Sequence record: OM456492.1
Length of the DNA: 64,000 bases
Strand: one strand, 5' to 3'
Part shown: piece by piece, positions 26,895-34,723 of the stretch
Numbering within the stretch: position 1 is the stretch's first letter
Layout: the number at the start of each line of letters is the position of its first letter
The notes under the pieces: generated by a model
What the model saw: the letters and a program-made list of their open reading frames with translations, nothing else
Told to the model about the DNA's origin: nothing
The model's database searches: none
Program-made: the position numbers and the translations under genes

Positions 26895-27541
26895 CGAACG
26901 AAGAGATCCGCGCCCGTTATTTCCAGCGTGATTTGCCGATTGATCGTCACGGTAATTTCATGGAACGAATCGGTGCGCAGGATCAGGGCCGTACAGGCTT
27001 TTGCGCTCTGCTCCATTATCATCTCATCGAAGGGATGTCTGATAAAGAAGCCCTGGCACGCATGAAGCTGTATGAGATGTCGGAGATTGAAGCTAACTTC
27101 ACATTGAAACGCACGAAAGAGTTTATTGCTAATGTGCTGGAGATTGATCTCGACGAAATTCGCGGGAATCTAAAATCTACCGCACGTTACATTTACGAAG
27201 ACGTGCAGAAGATGCTGTTGGAACTTGACCACCGCTACGAAGATGAGCGTCATGGTTATATCGAGTTTGAAGGTAGTCACTTTCAAGCCGATGAATCGTC
27301 GCGTACCATCCTCGGTCAATACATTCAGGCAGATACCGCACCAGAATACTGGCTCGATACGCTGAATACTAAGCACAGTCCGTTTACAGTAGACCAATGT
27401 AAAGCGTTGTTGGGCGCTATTGTTGCACGCGACCAAGTGTTGCACTCAGCAATGGCAGATAACAAACGTCAAATCCGTGAGTTAGCTGAAAAGCGCGATT
27501 ACACTGGATTAAAAACATTGTCCGAATCTCTCGGCATGTAA
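26870..27541 (+). CDS. DUF4376-domain tail-fibre-assembly-type protein
   Basis: C-terminal half G..FQADESSR...YWLDTLN...FTVDQCKAL...NKRQIREL matches the DUF4376 pattern of tail-associated phage genes. Confidence 0.6.
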   Translation: MSVTDKSLTNEEIRARYFQRDLPIDRHGNFMERIGAQDQGRTGFCALLHYHLIEGMSDKEALARMKLYEMSEIEANFTLKRTKEFIANVLEIDLDEIRGNLKSTARYIYEDVQKMLLELDHRYEDERHGYIEFEGSHFQADESSRTILGQYIQADTAPEYWLDTLNTKHSPFTVDQCKALLGAIVARDQVLHSAMADNKRQIRELAEKRDYTGLKTLSESLGM

Positions 27542-27544
27542 GCA

Positions 27545-27599
27545 AAGAAAATAAAGGCCCTACCTCCCTTCGGGGAGGTAGGTACCTTTATTTTATTTC
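27545..27599. terminator. Bidirectional intrinsic terminator
   Basis: CCTACCTCCC-TTCG-GGGAGGTAGG with flanking A and T tracts; ends the tail-fibre/rSAM operon. Confidence 0.85.
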
Positions 27600-27622
27600 T
27601 TAGAAACTACTAAGTTGTTTTG

Positions 27623-28150
27623 TTAAACGAATCCGTCCAGTTCACCGTTGGTGGTGCTCAGGTCAGTTTTAACGACTGGCTGCGTTACAGTATAAACTGC
27701 AAGGCTGGCAGGTTGGTATTTAATGTGGCCTTCTTTCACCTTAACAGTGATGATTTTCTCACCACTGCTGCCGTCCTCGCGTGTAATGGTGAGTTCAGAC
27801 AATGCAAACGCATCTTCCGTTTTACCGGCGGCAATTAGATCTGCGTTGACAAAAGCAAGCACTTCTTCATCGGTATCCCATTCTGCCTGGTCAGCGGTCA
27901 CTGCTTTCGCACCGATGATGTTCAATGAATTGAGGCGGGTATAATGCAGCTCTTTCTCGCCAGTAAAGTTAGCGGATTCCGCAGTGGCGGTGATGGTAAG
28001 TTTGGAGTTGCGTGTGTCTCCGTGATCGGCTGGTGAATAGTCAGCAACAGCGCCGAATGTAACGTCAGCAGCAGTTAACGGACTAGACAGTCCGCTGTTT
28101 GCAGCATTAAACAGCGCGACGAGTTGGTCTTTTGCAGAGATGACTGCCAT
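27623..28150 (-). CDS. Virion structural protein of the paralogous tail family
   Basis: RNSK...G...YTRLN domain and C-terminal TTNGELDGFV motif. Confidence 0.75.
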   Translation of the reverse strand: MAVISAKDQLVALFNAANSGLSSPLTAADVTFGAVADYSPADHGDTRNSKLTITATAESANFTGEKELHYTRLNSLNIIGAKAVTADQAEWDTDEEVLAFVNADLIAAGKTEDAFALSELTITREDGSSGEKIITVKVKEGHIKYQPASLAVYTVTQPVVKTDLSTTNGELDGFV

Positions 28151-28179
28151 GGTTGTTTCCTTATAGTAGGTTTGTGGTG

Positions 28180-28186
28180 CATACTA
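28180..28186 (-). promoter_or_regulatory. Putative late promoter (TATG)
   Basis: Minus-strand TAGTATG about 30 nt upstream of the structural gene start at 28150. Confidence 0.4.
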
Positions 28187-28276
28187 AATCATTCTAAAAA
28201 AATACATAGTGGGCTTAATATGACAGTAAAGTTGGCTGTTAAACGAGAAAATTTTTTACCACCGAAAGGATACCTT

Positions 28277-28768
28277 ATGAAACGTCTATTTATCGTATTC
28301 GCGTTTATAAGCCTGTTGACCGGTTGCGTCCAGTCACCAAGCAACATCGGACAATTTAGCAGCACACCGGTAAAGAATCACGACTTGGTGATTTATACAT
28401 GCACAGGGACACAGGAGAAGTTTGTAGACTACCGTCCGGTTCTGGACAACCTACAAATGATGCCGCGGTCAGTAACAGTATTGGATGTGGGTGCAAGCTG
28501 GGTAGCAACGTGGGACGGTGGCAAACTTGAGTCACCGATGATGTTTAAAGATGTGGTTGGCAAAATCGACGGGAATGTTAACACCACCACGGGCGAGCGT
28601 TATTACCGTATTAATAAAACCGTAAACGATGGCCCCACTTATTCTTTTTCGGATGTGAACCCGCATACCGGGGAAGGTAAAGGGATGACGTTCTTTCGCT
28701 GCAATGGCGGCCTTATTGACGAAGTTCCTACCCCGATTACGATTGTTCCGTTAGAAGAAAATAAATAG
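28277..28768 (+). CDS. Lipoprotein
   Basis: MKRLFIVFAFISLLTGC lipobox; AAGGA RBS; start reassigned from 28124. Confidence 0.8.
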   Translation: MKRLFIVFAFISLLTGCVQSPSNIGQFSSTPVKNHDLVIYTCTGTQEKFVDYRPVLDNLQMMPRSVTVLDVGASWVATWDGGKLESPMMFKDVVGKIDGNVNTTTGERYYRINKTVNDGPTYSFSDVNPHTGEGKGMTFFRCNGGLIDEVPTPITIVPLEENK

Positions 28769-28771
28769 TGT

Positions 28772-28810
28772 TTACCCACTCCCGTAAGTGGAGTGGGTAA
28801 GGGCTTTATT
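28772..28810 (+). terminator. Intrinsic terminator
   Basis: TTACCCACTCC/GGAGTGGGTAA stem directly after the lipoprotein stop. Confidence 0.65.
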
Positions 28811-28893
28811 TACCCTCTAAAACGCTCTGTAACGCTCTCTAAAAGCGCTAAACGTATTAGATGATAAATTATATTACTTTTGATTAAAGTAGC

Positions 28894-29409
28894 TTAGATT
28901 TTAACTAGCTTGCTCCAATCGATGGGTTGTTGTTTTACCACTTTAACGGTACCACGCGTTGGTGACCAGAAGGTGATATCAGGTTGGTTGCGTACGTCAA
29001 CATGTAGCCAGGTAATATCGCACTCGATAAAGTGAATAAATGGAAACTCGTCAGGGTTCGCGGCAATATAGTCGTGTACTTTCTGCAACGGAGTATCAAG
29101 CATTGTTGCATCAAACGCATTACCGAATTTATGCATACTGCCCGATTCGGCGTACAGTTTGTTTGCACGAGTTTGCCAATCGCCACCCTTTGGTTTCTCT
29201 TGATTAATAAAGAACTGCAGAGTACGCAGACTACGCTGTTGCTGGGAACTGGTTAAAATCACCATCCGCCCAAAACGATTACGAATCTGTTGGAGCGAGA
29301 TTAGCAGTAACGGATTAAGGAAACGAATAGCACCTTCACCGTATTTCGCGATGTACTCCTGCGGCATCAACTCTTTTAACGCGAAGTTGGCAGGATTCGG
29401 ATGAAACAT
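28894..29409 (-). CDS. Peptidase M15 family Zn peptidoglycan peptidase
   Basis: SMHKFGNAFD (S-x-H-x2-G-x-A-x-D) and WLHVD motifs. Confidence 0.85.
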   Translation of the reverse strand: MFHPNPANFALKELMPQEYIAKYGEGAIRFLNPLLLISLQQIRNRFGRMVILTSSQQQRSLRTLQFFINQEKPKGGDWQTRANKLYAESGSMHKFGNAFDATMLDTPLQKVHDYIAANPDEFPFIHFIECDITWLHVDVRNQPDITFWSPTRGTVKVVKQQPIDWSKLVKI

Positions 29410-29418
29410 TTTCTCTCC

Positions 29419-30060
29419 TTAAGGGGCAGTCAGGAACGCACGTTTGATATTCAAATACTGTACGTTTACCGGTTGCCCATTAGTGATGTCAACACGTTCG
29501 TGTTCAGGAATCGCTAACATACGCGACGTTCTAAAGAACAGGTAGTTGCGATTATAGGACAGCGTCTTTTCTACCGGCCGACTATAAACCACCTTAGAGT
29601 TATCGTCTACATAGGACGGCCAACCAAACTCGTGAACGGCACGGTAGAAGGACTTACGAATAAAGGTGTCAACGCCTAACGCCTCCATGATGCGTAAGAA
29701 CATCAGGTCAGCGAATGTTTTGTCGCAAGCACGAGATAGATTACCTTCAACGGTGTCAGGGTAAAAGCCTACCGATGAACGTTTCTGGTAAAACAAATCA
29801 TGCACACAAGCGGCAGCAGCCCAAGGGCCATCCGGATGCAGGATAGGACGTAACGCTTCTGGAATACTTGCCAGGTCCGTTACAAATCCTTTCGGCACCG
29901 TTACCCATAACGGAGTATCCGGATGTACACCTGATAATGCTACCATCGCATCCATTCCGGTGTGTTCACGATACAAGCTGCGCAACGTAAACTCGAAATG
30001 GAAATCATCCGTGAGAATAAACCACGGCTTCTCTAACAACTTATACTTAAGTGCTTCCAT
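29419..30060 (-). CDS. DUF1353 domain protein
   Basis: VPKGFVTDLASIP...AACVHDLFY...ADLMF...ALGV pattern. Confidence 0.85.
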   Translation of the reverse strand: MEALKYKLLEKPWFILTDDFHFEFTLRSLYREHTGMDAMVALSGVHPDTPLWVTVPKGFVTDLASIPEALRPILHPDGPWAAAACVHDLFYQKRSSVGFYPDTVEGNLSRACDKTFADLMFLRIMEALGVDTFIRKSFYRAVHEFGWPSYVDDNSKVVYSRPVEKTLSYNRNYLFFRTSRMLAIPEHERVDITNGQPVNVQYLNIKRAFLTAP

Positions 30061-30067
30061 ACTGGCC

Positions 30068-30160
30068 TCACGTCATATAACGCACGAGCATCGTGAGCGC
30101 CATCAATCCCAGTAAAATGGGTATTAAGCCTTTCGGCCAGTCGTCGTTGTCGTATTGCAT
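30068..30160 (-). CDS. Small single-pass membrane protein (30 aa, below track cutoff)
   Basis: GGAGG RBS 8-9 nt before ATG; MQYDNDDWPKGLIPILLGLMALTMLVRYMT; stops 7 nt before the DUF1353 start. Confidence 0.6.
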   Translation of the reverse strand: MQYDNDDWPKGLIPILLGLMALTMLVRYMT

Positions 30161-30276
30161 GGCTTTACCCTCCGACAGAAGATCGCACGTAATAGTTTGA
30201 AGAACCCAGAATCGTAATACGTTTCCGGAACGGTTTGTACTTCAGGGAACTTAGGCGGAGTTGGACGGTGGGTCAT
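30124..30276 (-). CDS. Small hypothetical protein (50 aa)
   Basis: AGGAG RBS before the ATG at 30276. Confidence 0.55.
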   Translation of the reverse strand: MTHRPTPPKFPEVQTVPETYYDSGFFKLLRAIFCRRVKPCNTTTTTGRKA

Positions 30277-30348
30277 TACGTTTTCTCCTTGCGGCAAACA
30301 CAAGGGCACGCCAGATAGCTTTCATTAAGGTAGCAAACCAATTCTGTT

Positions 30349-30966
30349 TCATTTGCACATCCCCAACTTAGCCGCGTAGTCTGGCATTTCCTGATAGACG
30401 CGCCCATACCAGCCGTAAGTAAACTCTTCGTTATCCTCACGCCTTTCACTGATTTCCGTGTAGTACGCTACCTGATGACAGGTTAAAGCGAACATCAGTC
30501 GATTCAGGCCCTCTTCCCCACGAGCTTTGATAAAGCCTTCTAACGCTGTTAACGTACGTGGACCAATACCGCCATCTGCTTCGATGTCGTCGTACAGTTT
30601 ACCCTGACGGTTTAATACGTTCAGAATACGCTGCAGGGACTTGATACAGTTGCCACGACCTGCGTTGATGCCGAAATCAAACATCCGGTCAGCTAGCAGG
30701 ACATTCATTTTCATAATCTGGTCTAAGCGCATCCGCTGCCACCAGAGCTTGTTGTAAATGTCTAACGCGGTTTCTAGGCTCAGGTCACGCATATCCCCTT
30801 TATAGCCATATTCACGCGCCGTGAGTTCGGTGACACCACGGTTCGTTGCTTTACCCAAATCTTTCGGGTTATTAACGTAACCGGCTTCGATGTTTACTTT
30901 GGCACGAATAATGCCCTCTTTACTCCAACGATCGACCACGATAACCTCCTGCGTTGATAGGGTCAT
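30349..30966 (-). CDS. Glycoside hydrolase family 108 endolysin with C-terminal peptidoglycan-binding domain
   Basis: EAGYVNNPKDLGKATNRGVT catalytic motif, FDFGINAG, DGGIGPRT, FTYGWYGR. Confidence 0.88.
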   Translation of the reverse strand: MTLSTQEVIVVDRWSKEGIIRAKVNIEAGYVNNPKDLGKATNRGVTELTAREYGYKGDMRDLSLETALDIYNKLWWQRMRLDQIMKMNVLLADRMFDFGINAGRGNCIKSLQRILNVLNRQGKLYDDIEADGGIGPRTLTALEGFIKARGEEGLNRLMFALTCHQVAYYTEISERREDNEEFTYGWYGRVYQEMPDYAAKLGMCK

Positions 30967-30998
30967 AAAAAGAAAGCCTCTTCCCCGTGGGGAAGAGG
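30967..30998 (-). terminator. Terminator-like hairpin overlapping the endolysin RBS
   Basis: CCTCTTCCC-N4-GGGAAGAGG then CTTTCTTTTT, followed immediately by ATG. Confidence 0.7.
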
Positions 30999-31033
30999 GC
31001 ATGGGTTATCCTCAGGCTTTAACCCCGTCTAAA

Positions 31034-33211
31034 TTACGATAACGATATCTTTGGCCGCACCCACGGTTTAGGGGCGGATTTGGTATACGGATTACATTCC
31101 ATCATCTTACCGAGGTAGGCATCGTAATACACGAAGCGATCGACATAGAACTTCTCCACCGGTGCACTACTGGTAGCCGATTTCACCCGGTTGCGTTCCA
31201 CAGCGAGGTTAATCGTCCCGGTAGGCGCGGGTTTTAGCGTGAACATCACCGCACGGTTGTAACGCCAAGTGTCGTGCACAATATCAAACTCCGATACACA
31301 GTGTGCCATGATACCAAACAATGTGGTGCTTGGTAAGTTGGCTACAGCATCGCCGTATGGTGTTCCCACCAAACCGCCGGGTAAGTTTTGCTTTTTGAAC
31401 AGCGTACCTGAAATAATCGTACCTAAGAACTCCACAACTACAGGCTTGGTTGGGTCGGTGACTTTATCTATCCCATCCGCACTGGCCAGTCGGTTGGCAT
31501 CTAAATCTGCGAGGTAGTCGAGGAACTCTTGGTACTCGTCGGTAACATTCGGTTTCACCGTTCCGACGGATACCCAGTTGACGATACTTTTATTCCCACC
31601 GACGGCTTCGCCTGCCATCCCAGGGCGAGTCCATGACATCCCGTCTTCACGACCGTAGACATAGACTGGTGAGCCGGTAGCCGGGGTGTTCCATTGCTCG
31701 AACGCTGTATATCGTCCCGGCTGGCCCCAATCCCCACCCGGACCGCCATAGTAGCGACTCTGGTAGCCGGTAAATTGTGCGACGACTAACTGGGTAGCAC
31801 CGCCTTTGTCACGGGACCCAGCTAAGCCGTTACGGTTATTGGTGCCGCTGGGTACCGCCGCGCCTGGCCCGAGTGGCGCACCACCAGCTCCACCGATCTT
31901 GGTGGTGCTAAACGCATAGTAGTCGCCCCCGCCCCCACCCCCGGCGATGGTGCCGTAGTTTTCGATGGTGACTTTGCCACGGAAGGCATCGGTAATGTGA
32001 ATTGCGTCAGCTCCGTCCGCTGATGTGTTCGCAGGCATAGAGTAGACCACACCCGAACCACCACGACCAAGAATGGTTCCCCGGTTAACGAAGTTCCAAA
32101 CCACCTCGCCGATTTGCGGCAATTCGTCGATAACGAACGTCGGTTTCAGGTTGCTGTCGCGATAAACGAAAGCCCCCGCATCTACGGTCACGTTAACAAA
32201 CAAACGCCCGCACGCCGCATGGTTGGTCAACGTTGTGGCCCAGTAGCTGTCCGAAACTTGCGACGTAGTTGTGTAGTTCAGGTTAAGGGTTTGCTCGTTA
32301 TCTTGATAGCGTGCCACATTCAACGTGGCGTTGCCCATGACTTTGTACGAACCCTCTACGGGTGCCAATTGCACTTGTCTTGGCCACTCGCCTTCCAGGT
32401 TCTCTACAGGAGCAATTTCGTTTACATCAAAAACACCCCGAATGCCGAGTGTCTCGATGGCCAGAGCATCATGCAGGCTACCGGTGAAATCGTCCGGGAC
32501 GTATGTGGTTTTGCCCGCATATGTCTCGAGTTTGTTACGTGAATAGAACACATATTTCGTTCCAAACATCCCGCTCCCCGGTCTAGCGGTCAATGCCACG
32601 ACGCTGTTATACGCAGAGGTTTGGCCTATATCCTCCGGGGACATCGGGGCGCTGACATCGACTTTATCAAGATCCACGATCCGTTTGGTTGCATTAGAGT
32701 AGAAGTTAATCCACTGCTGTTTATTCGCAGCCTTTAGCGTGAGAATGATATTGGTAACGGTGTAGACGGTGTTGATATCCACGTCACCGTTTATCACATC
32801 TAGCGTTTGGCTGCCGTACCAAATAAGACTTGTCTGTTTCGCCTGGAACGTGATGCGCGCAGCATTGTTTGTCCAAGTGATAGGCAGGTCTTCAAAGTCG
32901 TCGGTTAAAAAGGTAATCCCTAGTAGAGTGTCTAAATGCGGCAACAGTTCGTGGATGGACGCACAAGTGGGAATGGCATCCAACTTAACCTTGGCGAAAT
33001 AATCAGCAATATTTTGCTTCGTGACTTGGGCCGTAATTTGACCGTAACTTGAATACCCCGGACCCCCTGTCAGTGTGACGTCTAGGGTTTTTTCGTCACG
33101 ATGCGCCACGGAGACCAGGCGTACGTTAGCGGGGTCTACTGCTTTGGCGACCGCGTTTTTACGGTTGAGCGACCGAATCACGGTCGCCACTAAATCGGGA
33201 GTGTATGACAT
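31034..33211 (-). CDS. Tail protein with internal T-even gp38-like Gly-rich adhesin domain
   Basis: Paralogous N-terminal domains, then NRGTILGRGG...NYGTIAGGGGGG...GGAGGAPLG...GGPGGDWG...AGEAV...W..VG, the motif order of the T2/T6/S16 gp38 adhesin. Confidence 0.75.
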   Translation of the reverse strand: MSYTPDLVATVIRSLNRKNAVAKAVDPANVRLVSVAHRDEKTLDVTLTGGPGYSSYGQITAQVTKQNIADYFAKVKLDAIPTCASIHELLPHLDTLLGITFLTDDFEDLPITWTNNAARITFQAKQTSLIWYGSQTLDVINGDVDINTVYTVTNIILTLKAANKQQWINFYSNATKRIVDLDKVDVSAPMSPEDIGQTSAYNSVVALTARPGSGMFGTKYVFYSRNKLETYAGKTTYVPDDFTGSLHDALAIETLGIRGVFDVNEIAPVENLEGEWPRQVQLAPVEGSYKVMGNATLNVARYQDNEQTLNLNYTTTSQVSDSYWATTLTNHAACGRLFVNVTVDAGAFVYRDSNLKPTFVIDELPQIGEVVWNFVNRGTILGRGGSGVVYSMPANTSADGADAIHITDAFRGKVTIENYGTIAGGGGGGDYYAFSTTKIGGAGGAPLGPGAAVPSGTNNRNGLAGSRDKGGATQLVVAQFTGYQSRYYGGPGGDWGQPGRYTAFEQWNTPATGSPVYVYGREDGMSWTRPGMAGEAVGGNKSIVNWVSVGTVKPNVTDEYQEFLDYLADLDANRLASADGIDKVTDPTKPVVVEFLGTIISGTLFKKQNLPGGLVGTPYGDAVANLPSTTLFGIMAHCVSEFDIVHDTWRYNRAVMFTLKPAPTGTINLAVERNRVKSATSSAPVEKFYVDRFVYYDAYLGKMMECNPYTKSAPKPWVRPKISLS

Positions 33212-33225
33212 GGTGACACCTTAGT

Positions 33226-34545
33226 CTATAACGCTGGATACCAAGGGACCGGGGCAGTTTTGCTATATGGACTGTAGACCATATAGCCGCCTTTGCTTGG
33301 GTCGTAATAGATGAAATAGTTACAGTAATTCGAGTAGAGGCTCGTCATTTGTTTGGATTGGTATCCGTTACGGTATAGTCCCTGGTAAGTAATAGCTGAT
33401 GACGTGGTGGTGTAAGCAGTGTGGTACAGTACCCGACGTCGGTTAGCAATACTTTCTTGGAACATCTCTTCGGTCGGAAACGCGTGTTGCATCAGCCGTC
33501 GAATACTCCCGGTACAGTATCGAGTGCCATACGGGGAACCCGTTAAATCATCCGCAGTTTCAGGCGCTTCTGCCCGAGTCAACACGTACTCGTTTTGATA
33601 CAACGTGACGCTCATCGAATTTGGGCTGGTTTCCCGGAAACTCATGTAACGCGCATAACGTTCGACGTCCTCTTCCTGCGCCAAATAGGCCACGTTATTT
33701 TTCGGACCAAAGTGCAAGAAGAACGGACGGCGGAGATTACCCATATCCTCAGGTGGCGTCAACTTCACGCAGTAATTGTACCCCCCACGCATATCCGGGT
33801 CTAAGCCTGGGTTGTTATTGCGTGTAGCGACATACCCATAGAGGTCATACGGGTTATCGGTGGCAGCATTACCGATAGTGAACGGGATGCCCGACCATGC
33901 TGACAGCGCCGCGATGAACTGGGTCATGTACGAGTTACTGTTTAGTCGCAGCGGGGTACCCATTGGGATATTGATTATCTGTTGAGTGTACATGCTCCAG
34001 TCGAGTCGATAGACCGTGCTGTAAACATCCATGGGTTCCCAAGCCCCAGTTTCGGTGATGTGGTACAAGTCGGCGAAGCTGGGCTCTTCACGAATAAAGC
34101 TAATAGGAATATAACCCGTGAATGCGGGGTTATCCGATTTAATCGCCACCGTCCGATCGCCCGTTGCCACAGTGATCATTGCAAACTGGCTGTCAGGATA
34201 CGTTAAATCGTCAGCAGTAAGCACCAACCCACAAGCTGCGGAAATTCGGTCGATGATGTCGCGGTAGACCGTCGCCCGATAAGGTACTTTAACCGGTACG
34301 CTGACGCCTTTAAAATACTGCGAAAGGTTTAAGCGGTCGTAGTAGATGTCCATCTTACCGCTGTAACCGCCACCCTGTAATCCGTTTACCACGATACGGC
34401 TGTTGCGGCCATCGCGCAAGGCATTGGTTAAAGGACCTTGTAATAACGCCACGTTGGTTGCGTTGAGTGGTTTCTTGAGCTGCGGGTTATCACGATTAAT
34501 CTGATCCCAAACCAGCTGCATGACAGGTTTGTTATAGTTGATCAT
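33226..34545 (-). CDS. Virion structural protein of the paralogous tail family
   Basis: N-terminal INRDNP...RNS...G..G...YYDRLNL domain. Confidence 0.8.
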   Translation of the reverse strand: MINYNKPVMQLVWDQINRDNPQLKKPLNATNVALLQGPLTNALRDGRNSRIVVNGLQGGGYSGKMDIYYDRLNLSQYFKGVSVPVKVPYRATVYRDIIDRISAACGLVLTADDLTYPDSQFAMITVATGDRTVAIKSDNPAFTGYIPISFIREEPSFADLYHITETGAWEPMDVYSTVYRLDWSMYTQQIINIPMGTPLRLNSNSYMTQFIAALSAWSGIPFTIGNAATDNPYDLYGYVATRNNNPGLDPDMRGGYNYCVKLTPPEDMGNLRRPFFLHFGPKNNVAYLAQEEDVERYARYMSFRETSPNSMSVTLYQNEYVLTRAEAPETADDLTGSPYGTRYCTGSIRRLMQHAFPTEEMFQESIANRRRVLYHTAYTTTSSAITYQGLYRNGYQSKQMTSLYSNYCNYFIYYDPSKGGYMVYSPYSKTAPVPWYPAL

Positions 34546-34556
34546 TGCAACGTCCT

Positions 34557-34591
34557 AAAAAAAGAAAATAGGCCCTTCAGGGCCTATTTTT
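34557..34591. terminator. Intrinsic terminator (potentially bidirectional)
   Basis: AAAATAGGCCC-TTCA-GGGCCTATTTT. Confidence 0.75.
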
Positions 34592-34619
34592 AGCTGTTAT
34601 GGTGAAGTACGCTATCCCT

Positions 34620-34712
34620 TTAACTCCAGCTGATTCGACCTGCGTGTTGGGGATTATCCCGCTGAATGAGCCGACACAACAGCTCAAGTGCAGTGGATGA
34701 GTAAAACCCCAT
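34620..34712 (-). pseudogene. Truncated remnant of a fourth cassette A gene
   Basis: GGAG RBS then MGFYSSTALELLCRLIQRDNPQHAGRISWS*, matching the A-gene starts MGLYSAPELELLCQQVVRDNPELAGKIT and MGLYTEPSMELLCQQIVRDNPGLAGKIT. Confidence 0.8.
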
Positions 34713-34723
34713 ATTAGCTCCTG

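Noticed and set aside
28870-28877. Plus-strand TATATTAC
   Set aside because: Lacks the CAGATA and GTGA flanks of the 23-bp family and points antisense into the M15 gene; probably chance in AT-rich DNA.
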